A DNA stretch of 64,000 nt from a bacterium (GTDB lineage Bacteria; UBA8248; JACPRG01; G963555815). The DNA lies in contig OZ244653.1 in NCBI GenBank assembly GCA_965218795.1, forward strand, positions 4,192,001-4,256,000, in the 5' to 3' direction. Both the position numbers and the translations under genes were made by a program. Of the stretch, positions 7,796-19,904 are shown piece by piece. The notes below the pieces were generated by a model. It saw only the letters and a list, made by a program, of their open reading frames with translations, searched no databases and had not been told where the DNA came from. How positions within the stretch are numbered: position 1 is the first letter of the stretch; each line of letters opens with the position of its first letter.

Positions 7796-10155
7796 ATCCG
7801 GAAGCTTTGACGGAAGAGGCGGCGTATCGTATCGTCGGACGCCGTTTCCCGAAACACGACGGCACGCTGAAAGCCACCGGATCGGCCGTCTACGGAGCGG
7901 ACGTTCTCCCGCCCGGCGCCCTCATCGGGAAGATCCTCCGCAGCCCCTACGCCCACGCAAAACTCCTGCGCATCGACGTCCGGGGGGCGGAATCCCTCCG
8001 AGGCGTGAAGGCCGTGCTCACGGCGAAGGACACCCCCCTCATCCGGTACGGTTTCCGCGAAGGCGCGGATCCGGGGAATACGCGGTTCGCCGATAAGCTC
8101 CCTCTCGCATCGGAGAAGGTCCGCTTCGCCGGTGAGGAGGTTGCCGCCGTGGCCGCCGTCGACGAGGACACCGCCCAAGAGGCCCTGGACCGGATCATTG
8201 TCGATTACGAAGAATTGCCGATCGTGACGTCCCCCCTGGAGGCGATGCGGAATGGCGCTCCGGAACTCCATACGGGCGTCCGGGATAACGTCGCCCTTGA
8301 GATGACGATGGAATTCGGCGATGTCGATCCGGCCCTGGCTGAGGCGGACGTGGTGGCGGACGACGAATTCCACACCTCGCAGGTCGAACCCGTCTGTCTC
8401 GAGACGCAGGGATGCGTGGCGAAGTTCGATTCCGACGGAAGGCTGACGGTCTGGACCTCGATTCAAATGCCGTTCCTGCTTCGGGCCCACTTGGCGAATT
8501 GTCTGGACCTCCCCGAAAACCGGGTGCGCATCATCCGGTCGACCATCGGCGGGGGGTTCGGAAAGCGAATGGAAATGCACGACTTCCATCCCATCTGCGC
8601 GCTCCTGGCGATGAAGACCGGGCGTCCCGTGAGGGTCCTGCTGAGCCGGGAGGAGGATTTCATCGGCTCGCGCACGCGCCATCCCATGGGCATCCGGATG
8701 CGGACGGGCGCGACGAAAGACGGCCGAATTCTCGGACAGGAGATGCGGATCGTCACGGACAACGGCGCCTACATGAGCGCCGCGCCCGGCGTCACGTTCA
8801 CGGCCTCCAACTACAGCATCAGTCTTTACAGCAAGGTGAGGCACTACCGGTTCGACGGGAAGATCGTCTACACGAACAAGAACTACGGCGGCGCCTACCG
8901 CGGCTACGGAAACCCCCAGGGGACGTTCGCGCGGGAGGTTCAGGTGGACATTCTCGCCGAAAAGATCGGCCTCGACCCGGTCGATTTCCGCCTACGGAAC
9001 GTGACGGAAGAGGGCGACGTCTCCGCCTGCGGGTATCGGGTGACGAGTTGCGGGATGCGGGAGTGCATCGAGCGGACCGCGGCGTCCCTGGAATGGACCC
9101 GGAAGAAGAAGGAGGGCCGGCCCGGGCGCGGGGTCGGGATGGCCTGCGCGGTTCATTGCGGCGGCGGGGTCAGGGTATACCGGAACACGGACGCCTGCAG
9201 CGCCCTCGTCAAGATGGAGGACGACGGGACGGTGTCCGTCCTGACCGGGGCGACGGAGATCGGGAGCGGGCAGAACTCCGTGATGGCGGCGGTCGTGGCG
9301 GAAGAGCTGGGCGTCTCGCCCGAGGAAGTCCGGATCATCAGCGAGGATTCGGATGCGGTCCCCTGGGACCTGGGCACCCACGGCAGCCGGATGACCTTCA
9401 TTGCGGGCAACGCAGCCCGGCGCGCCGCAATCGATGTCAAGGAACAGCTGCTCACGGCTGCGGGAGAGATCCTGGAGGCCGACCCCCAGGACCTGGTTGT
9501 TCACGACCGCGAGATTTTCCTTCGCGGCCTGTCCGACCGCCGGGTTTCGCTGACCGACGTCGTCCGGGGCTCCCATTACAATCGGGACAGCCGGATATTC
9601 CTCGGTCGAGGCGTTTACGATCCGCCCCATGAAACGGTCAACCGTGAGACCCATTCGGGTAACATATCGGCGGCCTACAGCTTTTGCGCCCAGGCGGCGG
9701 AGGTGGAGGTCGACCGGGACACGGGCTTCGTCCACGTGCTGCGTCTCGTTGCGGCGCACGACGTCGGATACCCGATCTGCCCCGCAGGGGTGGAGGGTCA
9801 AATCGAGGGCGGCGTCATGCAGGGGATCGGCTACGGCCTGATGGAAGAAATGTTGTTCGACGCCGAATCCGGTCAGCTGCAAAACGGCACCCTGGCGGAT
9901 TACAAACTGCCGACCACCCTCGACGTTCCACCCATCGAGAGTATCATCGTCATCACCCGGGACGGCGAGGGGCCGTTCGGCGCCAAGGGGTTTGCCGAGA
10001 CCACGATTACGCCCACTGCGGCCGCCATCGCCAATGCCGTCTATGACGCCGTGGGGGTGAGGATCAGGGAACTCCCGCTGACCTCCGAGAAAATCTATCA
10101 TGCCCTGAACGGCGGGCCGGAATCGAGGCGGGGAGGAGGGGACGCGCGTGGCTGA
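7792..10155 (+). CDS. Xanthine dehydrogenase family molybdopterin-binding large subunit
   Basis: ILRSPYAHA, GGGFG, AYRGYGNPQ, GSGQ, GTHGSR, GQIEGG and GPFGAKGFAE motifs. Confidence 0.93.
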   Translation: MNPEALTEEAAYRIVGRRFPKHDGTLKATGSAVYGADVLPPGALIGKILRSPYAHAKLLRIDVRGAESLRGVKAVLTAKDTPLIRYGFREGADPGNTRFADKLPLASEKVRFAGEEVAAVAAVDEDTAQEALDRIIVDYEELPIVTSPLEAMRNGAPELHTGVRDNVALEMTMEFGDVDPALAEADVVADDEFHTSQVEPVCLETQGCVAKFDSDGRLTVWTSIQMPFLLRAHLANCLDLPENRVRIIRSTIGGGFGKRMEMHDFHPICALLAMKTGRPVRVLLSREEDFIGSRTRHPMGIRMRTGATKDGRILGQEMRIVTDNGAYMSAAPGVTFTASNYSISLYSKVRHYRFDGKIVYTNKNYGGAYRGYGNPQGTFAREVQVDILAEKIGLDPVDFRLRNVTEEGDVSACGYRVTSCGMRECIERTAASLEWTRKKKEGRPGRGVGMACAVHCGGGVRVYRNTDACSALVKMEDDGTVSVLTGATEIGSGQNSVMAAVVAEELGVSPEEVRIISEDSDAVPWDLGTHGSRMTFIAGNAARRAAIDVKEQLLTAAGEILEADPQDLVVHDREIFLRGLSDRRVSLTDVVRGSHYNRDSRIFLGRGVYDPPHETVNRETHSGNISAAYSFCAQAAEVEVDRDTGFVHVLRLVAAHDVGYPICPAGVEGQIEGGVMQGIGYGLMEEMLFDAESGQLQNGTLADYKLPTTLDVPPIESIIVITRDGEGPFGAKGFAETTITPTAAAIANAVYDAVGVRIRELPLTSEKIYHALNGGPESRRGGGDARG

Positions 10156-10513
10156 GATCCTCGTCGCCCCGGCCTCGGAGTTCGAGGAAGGCGGGTGCCG
10201 GATCATCGCGCAGGACGGTCTGGAGGTCGGCGTCTTCCTTGTGGGCGGCGAGTTCCACGCCTTCGAGAACGAATGCCCGCATCAAGGAGGACCCGTCTGC
10301 CAGGGCAGGCTGTTCAGGCAGGTGGAGGAAATCCTGGGCGAGGACAGGAGCAGTCTCGGCGAAAGATTCTCCGAAGAAAAGGTGCGCATCGTCTGTCCCT
10401 GGCACGGATATGAATTTGACGTCAAGACCGGCGGGCATCCGGCCGACGGACGGATCCGACTGCGGAAGTTCGAGGTGGAGGTACGCGACGGAGCGGTTTT
10501 CGTGATTCTCTAG
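10148..10513 (+). CDS. Rieske [2Fe-2S] ferredoxin
   Basis: CPHQGGPVC and CPWHGYEFD ligand boxes; overlaps the upstream stop; GGAGG RBS. Confidence 0.92.
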   Translation: MAEILVAPASEFEEGGCRIIAQDGLEVGVFLVGGEFHAFENECPHQGGPVCQGRLFRQVEEILGEDRSSLGERFSEEKVRIVCPWHGYEFDVKTGGHPADGRIRLRKFEVEVRDGAVFVIL

Positions 10514-10562
10514 AATCAACCCGCGGGGTCACGGTCAAGCAGGGTACAGCGGGAACCGAAGG

Positions 10563-11789
10563 ATGGAGTCAAAGTCGATGGAAACGAAGGTCATCGGGTC
10601 CACGGACCTCGAGCCGTTCCATCACCGCTCGGATACGCGGGAGATTCTCGCCCACGCGAAGCGGCAGGCGGAGGATCGAAACTACGCGGACTACGTCATC
10701 ATGGACGTGGATTCCCACCACTCCGACAATGTGTCCTGGAAGGCGGTGGTCCGCTACATCGAAGACCCGGTCGTTCGTGCGGCCGCCGAGGAGTATCACG
10801 CCAAGGTGGCCTCTCCCCCCTACGGTGTCGTGAACAACATCATGTACTACCAGGACGTGGGCGGGCGCATCCAGCATCAGGCGGGGTGGCGGGAGCCCGT
10901 GGACGACACCGGCCATCACGCGGACGTGACGATTATCCGACGCGCCATCGAGTGCATGGGCCTGGACTATATGGTCGTCTTCCCCACCAAGCTGCTGGAT
11001 CTGGGCAAACATCCGGTCGCAAGGACCGAGGCCCTGTTGGCGTACGCCTATAACCGCTGGCTGGTCGAGAACATCCTGTCGGTCGACCCGCGGATCAAAT
11101 CGCTCCTCTACCTGCCGATCAGTGTGCCGGAAGAGTCCGTCCGGATCGTCGAAGAATTTTCAGAGCACCCGGGCGTGATCGGGTTCATGGTGACGAGCAC
11201 CCGGAACAAGCCGGTTTATGACAATGTCTTCATGCGGCTGTATGCAACGCTGGAGGAGCGGGGCATGCCCCTGGCCTTCCACGGCGGCTATTCCTGGGGC
11301 GAGGAGCCCGTCATGGCCCAAATGAACAAGTTCATGGGCTACCACTTGGTGGGCTTCGTGCTGTGGAACCTGATCCACCTGATCAACTGGGTGACCAACG
11401 GCCTCCCGGAGCGGTTTCCCCGGCTGAAGGTCATCTGGATTGAGAGCGGTCTGGCCTGGTTGCCGTTCGTGATTCAGCGCCTGGACAACGAGTACATGCG
11501 CCGCGTCTCCGAGGCTCCGCTGCTCAAGCGGCGCCCCAGCGAGTACATCCGCGAGATGTATTTTTCCTCACAACCCATGGAACGGGAGAACCTGGAGGCG
11601 CTTGAGCTGACCTTCAAGATGATCAACGCGGAAACTCAGCTCATGTACGCCTCGGATTGGCCGCACTGGGATTTCGACCTGCCCAGCGCGATCTTCGATC
11701 TCCCTTTCCTGGGAGAGAGGGCGCGGCGGAACATCCTCGGGGAGAACGCGCTGAAACTGTTCAACCTGGATAGGCCGGACGGAAAATAG
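10563..11789 (+). CDS. Amidohydrolase_2 family TIM-barrel protein
   Basis: DVDSH, AYNRW, AFHG, PERFPRLKVIWIESGLAW, PSEY and YASDWPHWD motifs. Confidence 0.9.
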   Translation: MESKSMETKVIGSTDLEPFHHRSDTREILAHAKRQAEDRNYADYVIMDVDSHHSDNVSWKAVVRYIEDPVVRAAAEEYHAKVASPPYGVVNNIMYYQDVGGRIQHQAGWREPVDDTGHHADVTIIRRAIECMGLDYMVVFPTKLLDLGKHPVARTEALLAYAYNRWLVENILSVDPRIKSLLYLPISVPEESVRIVEEFSEHPGVIGFMVTSTRNKPVYDNVFMRLYATLEERGMPLAFHGGYSWGEEPVMAQMNKFMGYHLVGFVLWNLIHLINWVTNGLPERFPRLKVIWIESGLAWLPFVIQRLDNEYMRRVSEAPLLKRRPSEYIREMYFSSQPMERENLEALELTFKMINAETQLMYASDWPHWDFDLPSAIFDLPFLGERARRNILGENALKLFNLDRPDGK

Positions 11790-11928
11790 ACGCGCGTGGG
11801 ATATGGGTGGGCGGGTTCGCCGGTAACGGAGGAGTCTGCGCCCGCCGTCGTGGGCCATCCGATTCCCTGAGTCGGACGAAGCCCGGGCTTCGATCCATCC
11901 ACCGACGGGGGAAGGAGGATAAGACCGC

Positions 11929-12717
11929 ATGATGGACCCAGTATCCCAGCGGCCGGGAATCCGTTGCATCGACCTCAGCGTTCCGCTCCAGAATTACTCC
12001 TACGACCGGGACGAAGCCAAGATTTTTTATTGGGACCACCGGGAAGGGGGACGGCGGATCTCCAGGAAAATCGGCTTTGACCCCGCTCTTCTGCCCGACG
12101 GGATGGCTCTGGCGGCGGAAGAGGTGGAGCTGAACACCCATTCCGGCACCCACATGGATTCTCCGTGGCATTTCGGTCCCACGTGCGAGGGCCAACCCTC
12201 GCGCAGGGCGGATCAGATCCCCCTGGCCTGGTGCTTCTCGGACGGCGTACTCCTCGACATGACCCATAAGCGGGCGGGACACCTCATCACGGCGGAGGAC
12301 ATGGACGAGGCGGTGGGAAAGATTGGATATGAGATCAAGCCGTTCGATATCGTCCTCATCCGGACCGACGCCACGAAGCTCTATGAAAGCCCGGATTTTC
12401 TGGTGAGCCAGCCGGGCATGGGGCGCGAGAGCACGCTCTGGCTTCTGGACCGGGGGGTGAAGATCGCGGGCATCGACGCCTGGAGCTTCGACCGGCCGCT
12501 GACGGAGATGATGAAGGAGCTCAAGGCGGGCGACACAGCGGCCTACTGCCCGGCCCATTTTGTCGGAAAAGAGCGCGAGTACTGCCACGTGGAGAAACTG
12601 GCCAACCTGGACATGATCCCCAGAGCATTCGGGTTCAAAGTGGCGGTATTTCCCATCAAAATCGAACGCTCCAGCGCCGGCTGGGTGCGGGCGGTGGCGA
12701 TCTTCGACGAGGACTGA
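11929..12717 (+). CDS. Cyclase family protein (kynurenine formamidase-like metal hydrolase)
   Basis: THSGTHMDSPWH signature; GIDAWSFD, HVEKLANL and RAVA motifs. Confidence 0.92.
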   Translation: MMDPVSQRPGIRCIDLSVPLQNYSYDRDEAKIFYWDHREGGRRISRKIGFDPALLPDGMALAAEEVELNTHSGTHMDSPWHFGPTCEGQPSRRADQIPLAWCFSDGVLLDMTHKRAGHLITAEDMDEAVGKIGYEIKPFDIVLIRTDATKLYESPDFLVSQPGMGRESTLWLLDRGVKIAGIDAWSFDRPLTEMMKELKAGDTAAYCPAHFVGKEREYCHVEKLANLDMIPRAFGFKVAVFPIKIERSSAGWVRAVAIFDED

Positions 12718-12731
12718 TTCCGGGAGGCGGG

Positions 12732-13361
12732 ATGAACCTCAAGGAGCGGCGCGTGGAGGGGATGGACCGAGTCATGGCGATGACTGAAATTCGGACCTGC
12801 GCCGCCCAGAGCAAGTCCCAGGGCGGCGTGATCTGCGTCGTGAAAGGCGGCCGGCTCGTGGAGGTCCTGCCCGACCCCGATCACCCCAACGGTCCTCACG
12901 AGGTCGATCTGTATCCGAAGAGCCGGGTCCTGCCGGAGCTTCTCTATCACTCCGAATGGCTGAAGCGTCCCGTGCGCTGGTCCCGGCTGGGAGAGCATCT
13001 CTGGGATGAGGCTTTGGAGTCCATCGCGCAGAAGCTCCTGACCATCCAAGAGGAATCCGGCCCGGAGGCGGTGGATTTCCACCGAGCCTTGCCGGGGGGC
13101 GCCGCTTCAAGCGATTACAACCCCTGGTTTCACCGGCTGGCCTTCACCTTCGGAAGTCCGAACGCCTCCTCCGCGATGTACATCTGCAACTGGCACAAGG
13201 ACTTTGCGTCCCGTTACACCTACGGGAGCGGGGTCGCCGAGCCCGACTTCGACCGGCCGCGGGCGCTCATCCTGGGGGCCGGGGGCGGGCCGGACGCGCT
13301 CCTTGCGCTTTACCATGATTCCGATGATCTGTATCCTTGCAATTCTGCGAAAATTGATTAA
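12732..13361 (+). pseudogene. Decayed N-terminal fragment of a MopB (DMSO reductase-superfamily) molybdopterin oxidoreductase
   Basis: PDPDHP, PELLYH, WDEAL, GPEAV, FGSPN and ICNWHKDF motifs; [4Fe-4S] Cys mostly lost; about 200 aa versus more than 650 aa typical. Confidence 0.75.
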
Positions 13362-13592
13362 GAAGCATTGGGGCATTCCTCATCGGCCCAGGAAGCCTTC
13401 ATCTCCCTTCGGGCGTTCTTCAGAAGGGGGAATCGTTTTTCTTTTTTGCAGAAATAACAGGATGATTTGGAGTGGATTGCGGGAGGCGAAGGTCTTCCCG
13501 CAATTTTGCCGTCCGGCGGCAGTGTTGGCTGATTTCGAGTGCGGTTTGACGGGTCTATCGCCCGTCCCGACGAAATCCAACAGGAGTTGATG

Positions 13593-15786
<2,194 letters not shown>

Positions 15787-15898
15787 GAGTCGCTCCGCGG
15801 AACCAGGCGGAATCACCCCCTGCTTTCCAATTCTGGATCCGATACAGAATTCAAGCCGGCGCCGGCTCAATCATGACAGTTCAGTCTGACGCGTTGGG

Positions 15899-16753
15899 TT
15901 GCGAAACGTGCGGGAAATCCAGGCCGTCCAGATCACCGAAGCCGTAAAAGACATGTGCATCCAGGCGAATCGCGTTTTGGGTGAAGACATGCTGGCGGCA
16001 TTGGCGGACTCCGTGAAAAAGGAGGAATCCCCGGCCGGAATCATCGTTCTCGAACAGCTTTCAGAGAATGCAGCGCTTGCGTCCGAGCGGGAGATGCCCC
16101 TTTGTCAGGACACCGGATTTTCGGTGTTTTTCGTGGATGTGGGGCAGGATGCCCACATCACGGGCGGAAACCTGGAAGACGCGATCAATGAAGGCGTGCG
16201 GCGGGGCTATCGGGACGGGTTGCTCAGGGCTTCCATCGTCGAGCATCCTTTTTCGGACCGCCTGAACACGGGAGACAACACGCCGGCGGTGATCCATACC
16301 CGAATGGTTCCGGGAGATTCCCTTCGAATCGTTTTTGACGCCAAAGGAGGCGGAAGCGAAAACCAAAGCCAGCTCCGGATGCTCGAACCGGCAGATGGCC
16401 GGAAAGGCGTGCGGGATTTTATCATCCAGGCGGCCGTCAACGCGGGTCCGAGCGCCTGCCCGCCTTTGATTGTGGGCGTGGGTATCGGCGGGACCTTCGA
16501 AAAATGCGCCTTTCTTGCCAAGCAGGCTCTCTTGCGGGAGCTGGGTGATCCGAATCCCGATCCGGAAGTGGCCGAGCTGGAGACGGAATGCCTGAAGGCC
16601 ATCAATGATTCCGGCGTCGGACCGATGGGGTTCGGCGGCCGCGTGACGGCCCTGGCCGTCCACGTCGAGACATATCCCTGCCACATCGCGAGCCTGCCCG
16701 TGGCAGTGAACGTTGAGTGTCATTCCCACCGCCACCGGAACGTCACGCTCTGA
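15899..16753 (+). CDS. Class I Fe-S fumarate hydratase alpha subunit
   Basis: CQDTG, DNTPAV, KGGGSEN, ACPP, GIGG and CHIASLPVAVN..CH motifs. Confidence 0.93.
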   Translation: MRNVREIQAVQITEAVKDMCIQANRVLGEDMLAALADSVKKEESPAGIIVLEQLSENAALASEREMPLCQDTGFSVFFVDVGQDAHITGGNLEDAINEGVRRGYRDGLLRASIVEHPFSDRLNTGDNTPAVIHTRMVPGDSLRIVFDAKGGGSENQSQLRMLEPADGRKGVRDFIIQAAVNAGPSACPPLIVGVGIGGTFEKCAFLAKQALLRELGDPNPDPEVAELETECLKAINDSGVGPMGFGGRVTALAVHVETYPCHIASLPVAVNVECHSHRHRNVTL

Positions 16754-16763
16754 TGGAGGGGCC

Positions 16764-17327
16764 ATGTCCGAAGCAAAGCGTTTGATCGTCCCCTTATCCA
16801 ATCAAGACGTCGAGGGCCTGAGCGCCGGCGAGCAAGTCCTGCTGTTTGGGTCGCTCATCACGGCGCGCGACGCGGCTCACAAGCGGCTCGTGGAACTGGT
16901 GGACCGCGGTGAACCGCTCCCTGTCGATCTGGCCGGACAGGTGATATACTTTGTCGGGCCGACTCCGCCCAAGCCCGGAGAAGCCATTGGTTCGGCCGGT
17001 CCCACGACCGCCTCCCGGATGGACAGGTATTCCTCTCAGTTGATGGCTCTTGGAATGAAGGGAATGATCGGCAAGGGTTCGCGGGGTCCGGAAGTGGTCG
17101 AGGCCATGAAAAAGTATCGATGTGTGTACTTTGCGGCCATGGGCGGTGCGGGAGCCTTGCTATCCGGGAGTATCAAATCCAGCGAGGTTCTGGCCTGCGA
17201 TGATTTGGGAACGGAAGCCATCCGCCGTCTGGAAGTGGAGGGGTTTCCTGTCGTGGTGGCAAACGACGTCCTTGGCAATGACCTGTTCCAAATGGGAAAG
17301 GCGGCCTACGCCCGGAAAAGCGGATAG
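16764..17327 (+). CDS. Class I Fe-S fumarate hydratase beta subunit
   Basis: TARDAAHKR, GPTTASRM, MIGKG and DLGTEAI motifs; GGAGG RBS before ATG 16764. Confidence 0.93.
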   Translation: MSEAKRLIVPLSNQDVEGLSAGEQVLLFGSLITARDAAHKRLVELVDRGEPLPVDLAGQVIYFVGPTPPKPGEAIGSAGPTTASRMDRYSSQLMALGMKGMIGKGSRGPEVVEAMKKYRCVYFAAMGGAGALLSGSIKSSEVLACDDLGTEAIRRLEVEGFPVVVANDVLGNDLFQMGKAAYARKSG

Positions 17328-17358
17328 ACGGGGCGCGGAGGAGTAAGGAGAAATTCAC

Positions 17359-18111
17359 ATGGCGGATGCCACAGTAACAATCGGAGGGGAAGGCTTTGGC
17401 GCCACCCAGCGTCGCGACGCCTGGTGGATACAGCCTCTGGTGACTGGACTCGTATTGGCGATGTTCGGCGTCTATGCCACCTGGGCGGCGTTCCAAGGCG
17501 AAAACTACTACGCCGAGCCCTACCTGTCTCCATTTTATTCTCCCTTGATTCTTGTGGACTGGTGGCCTTTATCGCCGGCCATTCTCATCCTTTGGATGCC
17601 CCTGGGGTTTCGGTTGACCTGCTATTACTATCGAAAGGCCTATTACCGGGCCTATTTTCTGGATCCTCCCGCCTGCGCCGTGGGAGAGAGAAAAGGCAGG
17701 TACTATGTGGGCGAGCGGGCCTTCCCCTTTGTGTTGCAGAACCTGCATCGGTACTTTTTCTACCTGGCCGTCATCGTCGTGGCTTTTCTTTGGTATGACA
17801 CGGTGGAGGCATTCCACTTCAAGGACGGCGTCGGCGTTGGGTTGGGAACGCTGGTCTTGTTGGCCAATGTTGTCTTGCTGTCGTTTTATACATTTTCCTG
17901 CCACAGCTTCCGGCATCTCATCGGAGGCAAGCTGGACTGCATGTCGTGCACCCATCGCGGGGGAGCGAGAGCCCACGCGTGGAAAGGGGTGAGCGCGATC
18001 AATCACCACCACATGTTCTGGGCCTGGACCAGCTTGGTCATGGTGGGTCTGGCGGATTTATATGTTCGTTTGGTGGCCTCGGGGGTCATTCAGGACGTGA
18101 GGTTCTTCTGA
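17359..18111 (+). CDS. sdhC: Succinate dehydrogenase membrane anchor, mycobacterial Sdh1 (Rv0249c)-like
   Basis: Five hydrophobic segments; YLSPFYSP, FRLTCYYYRKAYYR, PPACAV, QNLHRYF and SCHSFRH motifs. Confidence 0.88.
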   Translation: MADATVTIGGEGFGATQRRDAWWIQPLVTGLVLAMFGVYATWAAFQGENYYAEPYLSPFYSPLILVDWWPLSPAILILWMPLGFRLTCYYYRKAYYRAYFLDPPACAVGERKGRYYVGERAFPFVLQNLHRYFFYLAVIVVAFLWYDTVEAFHFKDGVGVGLGTLVLLANVVLLSFYTFSCHSFRHLIGGKLDCMSCTHRGGARAHAWKGVSAINHHHMFWAWTSLVMVGLADLYVRLVASGVIQDVRFF

Positions 18112-19901
18112 TGCAGAATATCGAAATCCACGAACATGACATCATTGTGATCGGAGCGGGAGGCGCCGGCCTCCGGGCGGCCATCGAGGCGTCCGCCCAG
18201 GGGGTATCGGTCGGGATGGTTTGCAAGTCCCTTTTGGGGAAAGCCCATACGGTGATGGCCGAGGGCGGCATTGCGGCGGCCCTGGCCAGCGTAGACCCGG
18301 AAGACAACTGGCAGACTCACTTCCGCGACACCATGCGTGGCGGCAAAATGCTGAATCAGTGGGACATGGCGGAGGTCCATGCCCAAGAGGCGCCGGACCG
18401 GGTGAAAGAACTCCAGGAATGGGGAGCCCTGTTCGATCGAACGCCGTCGGGCGGGATTCTTCAGCGCGCCTTCGGGGGCCACCGCTGGCGGCGGCTTGCC
18501 CATGTGGGTGACCGGACGGGACTGGAAATGATTCGAACCCTCCAGGACCGCGGCGTCCATCAGGGTGTCGACGTCTATATGGAATGCACGGTGACCGACT
18601 TGGTCAAGGATGGAGACCGGATTTCAGGCGCGTTGGCCTACTGGCGGGAGAGCGGGCGGTTTGTCCTGTTCAAGGCCAAAGCGGTCGTGGTGGCCACCGG
18701 TGGGATCGGGATGGCGTACAAGATCACGTCCAACTCCTGGGAGTACACAGGCGACGGTACAGCGTTGGGTTACCGGGCAGGTGCGGACCTCATCGATATG
18801 GAGTTCGTCCAGTTCCACCCGACCGGCATGATTTGGCCTCCGGGCGTCCAGGGTATTCTCGTCACCGAGGGCGTCCGTGGAGACGGAGGGCTTCTCAAGA
18901 ACAACAGAGACGAACGGTTCATGTTCAATTACATTCCTGACATGTTCCGCTCGGAAACCGCGGAGACGGAGGAAGAGGCCGACCGTTGGCTGGCTGGAGA
19001 CAGGAACGCGCGCCGGACGCCGGATCTTTTGACGCGGGATGTCGTCGCGCGAGCCATCCTGAACGAGGTGAAAGAAGGTCGTGGGAGCGAACATGGAGGC
19101 GCTTACCTGGACATCTCGCACAAGCCCGCCGAATACGTCAAGAGAAAGCTCCCCAGCATGTTCATGCAGTTCGGTGAACTCGCGGATATCGATATCACGC
19201 AACAGCCGATGGAAGTCGGCCCGACCACCCATTACATCATGGGCGGACTTCGCGCAGAGGGGAGATCCACAGCGAGCACCGTTCCGGGTCTGTTCAGCGC
19301 GGGAGAGGCCACCGGCGGACTTCATGGAGCCAACCGCCTGGGCGGCAATTCCCTGTCCGATTTGCTCGTCTTCGGGAGGTTGGCGGGATTGGCGGCCGCT
19401 GAATTCGCCCAGGGCATCGAATCCAGCCCCAACGTGGATTCGGGGGACGTGGAACGCGCCATGACGGAGGCTCTCGCACCGTTTGGCCGTCCTGACGGAG
19501 AGAATCCCTTCCAAATCCATCAAGAGCTTCGAGAGAGCATGCAGGACAACGTCGGGATCATCCGCAACGAGGAGGGGCTGAACCGCGGTCTCGAGAAACT
19601 CAATGAATTCAGGGAGCGGGCGTCTCGGGCCGGGGCGCAAGGGTCCCGGATGTTCAACCCGGGCTGGCATCTTTGCATCGATCTCAAAAACATGATCGAC
19701 AACTGTGAGGTCATCGCGTTATCGGCAACCCTGAGAAAGGAAAGCCGTGGCGCCCACACCCGTGACGACTACCCGGACACCTCCGAAGAAGAAGGAAAGG
19801 TGAACACCATCATCAGACAGGAAGACGGGGAGATGAAAGCCAGTACGGCCCCCCTCCCTGGAATGCCCGAAGAACTCCAAAAGCTCTTCGAGGAGGAATA
19901 G
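18111..19901 (+). CDS. sdhA: Succinate dehydrogenase / fumarate reductase flavoprotein subunit
   Basis: GAGGAG, KAHTVMAEGG, QFHPT, TEGVRG, HYIMGG, HGANRLGGNSL and ESRGAH motifs; TGA/ATG coupling at 18111. Confidence 0.96.
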   Translation: MQNIEIHEHDIIVIGAGGAGLRAAIEASAQGVSVGMVCKSLLGKAHTVMAEGGIAAALASVDPEDNWQTHFRDTMRGGKMLNQWDMAEVHAQEAPDRVKELQEWGALFDRTPSGGILQRAFGGHRWRRLAHVGDRTGLEMIRTLQDRGVHQGVDVYMECTVTDLVKDGDRISGALAYWRESGRFVLFKAKAVVVATGGIGMAYKITSNSWEYTGDGTALGYRAGADLIDMEFVQFHPTGMIWPPGVQGILVTEGVRGDGGLLKNNRDERFMFNYIPDMFRSETAETEEEADRWLAGDRNARRTPDLLTRDVVARAILNEVKEGRGSEHGGAYLDISHKPAEYVKRKLPSMFMQFGELADIDITQQPMEVGPTTHYIMGGLRAEGRSTASTVPGLFSAGEATGGLHGANRLGGNSLSDLLVFGRLAGLAAAEFAQGIESSPNVDSGDVERAMTEALAPFGRPDGENPFQIHQELRESMQDNVGIIRNEEGLNRGLEKLNEFRERASRAGAQGSRMFNPGWHLCIDLKNMIDNCEVIALSATLRKESRGAHTRDDYPDTSEEEGKVNTIIRQEDGEMKASTAPLPGMPEELQKLFEEE

Positions 19902-19904
19902 TCG

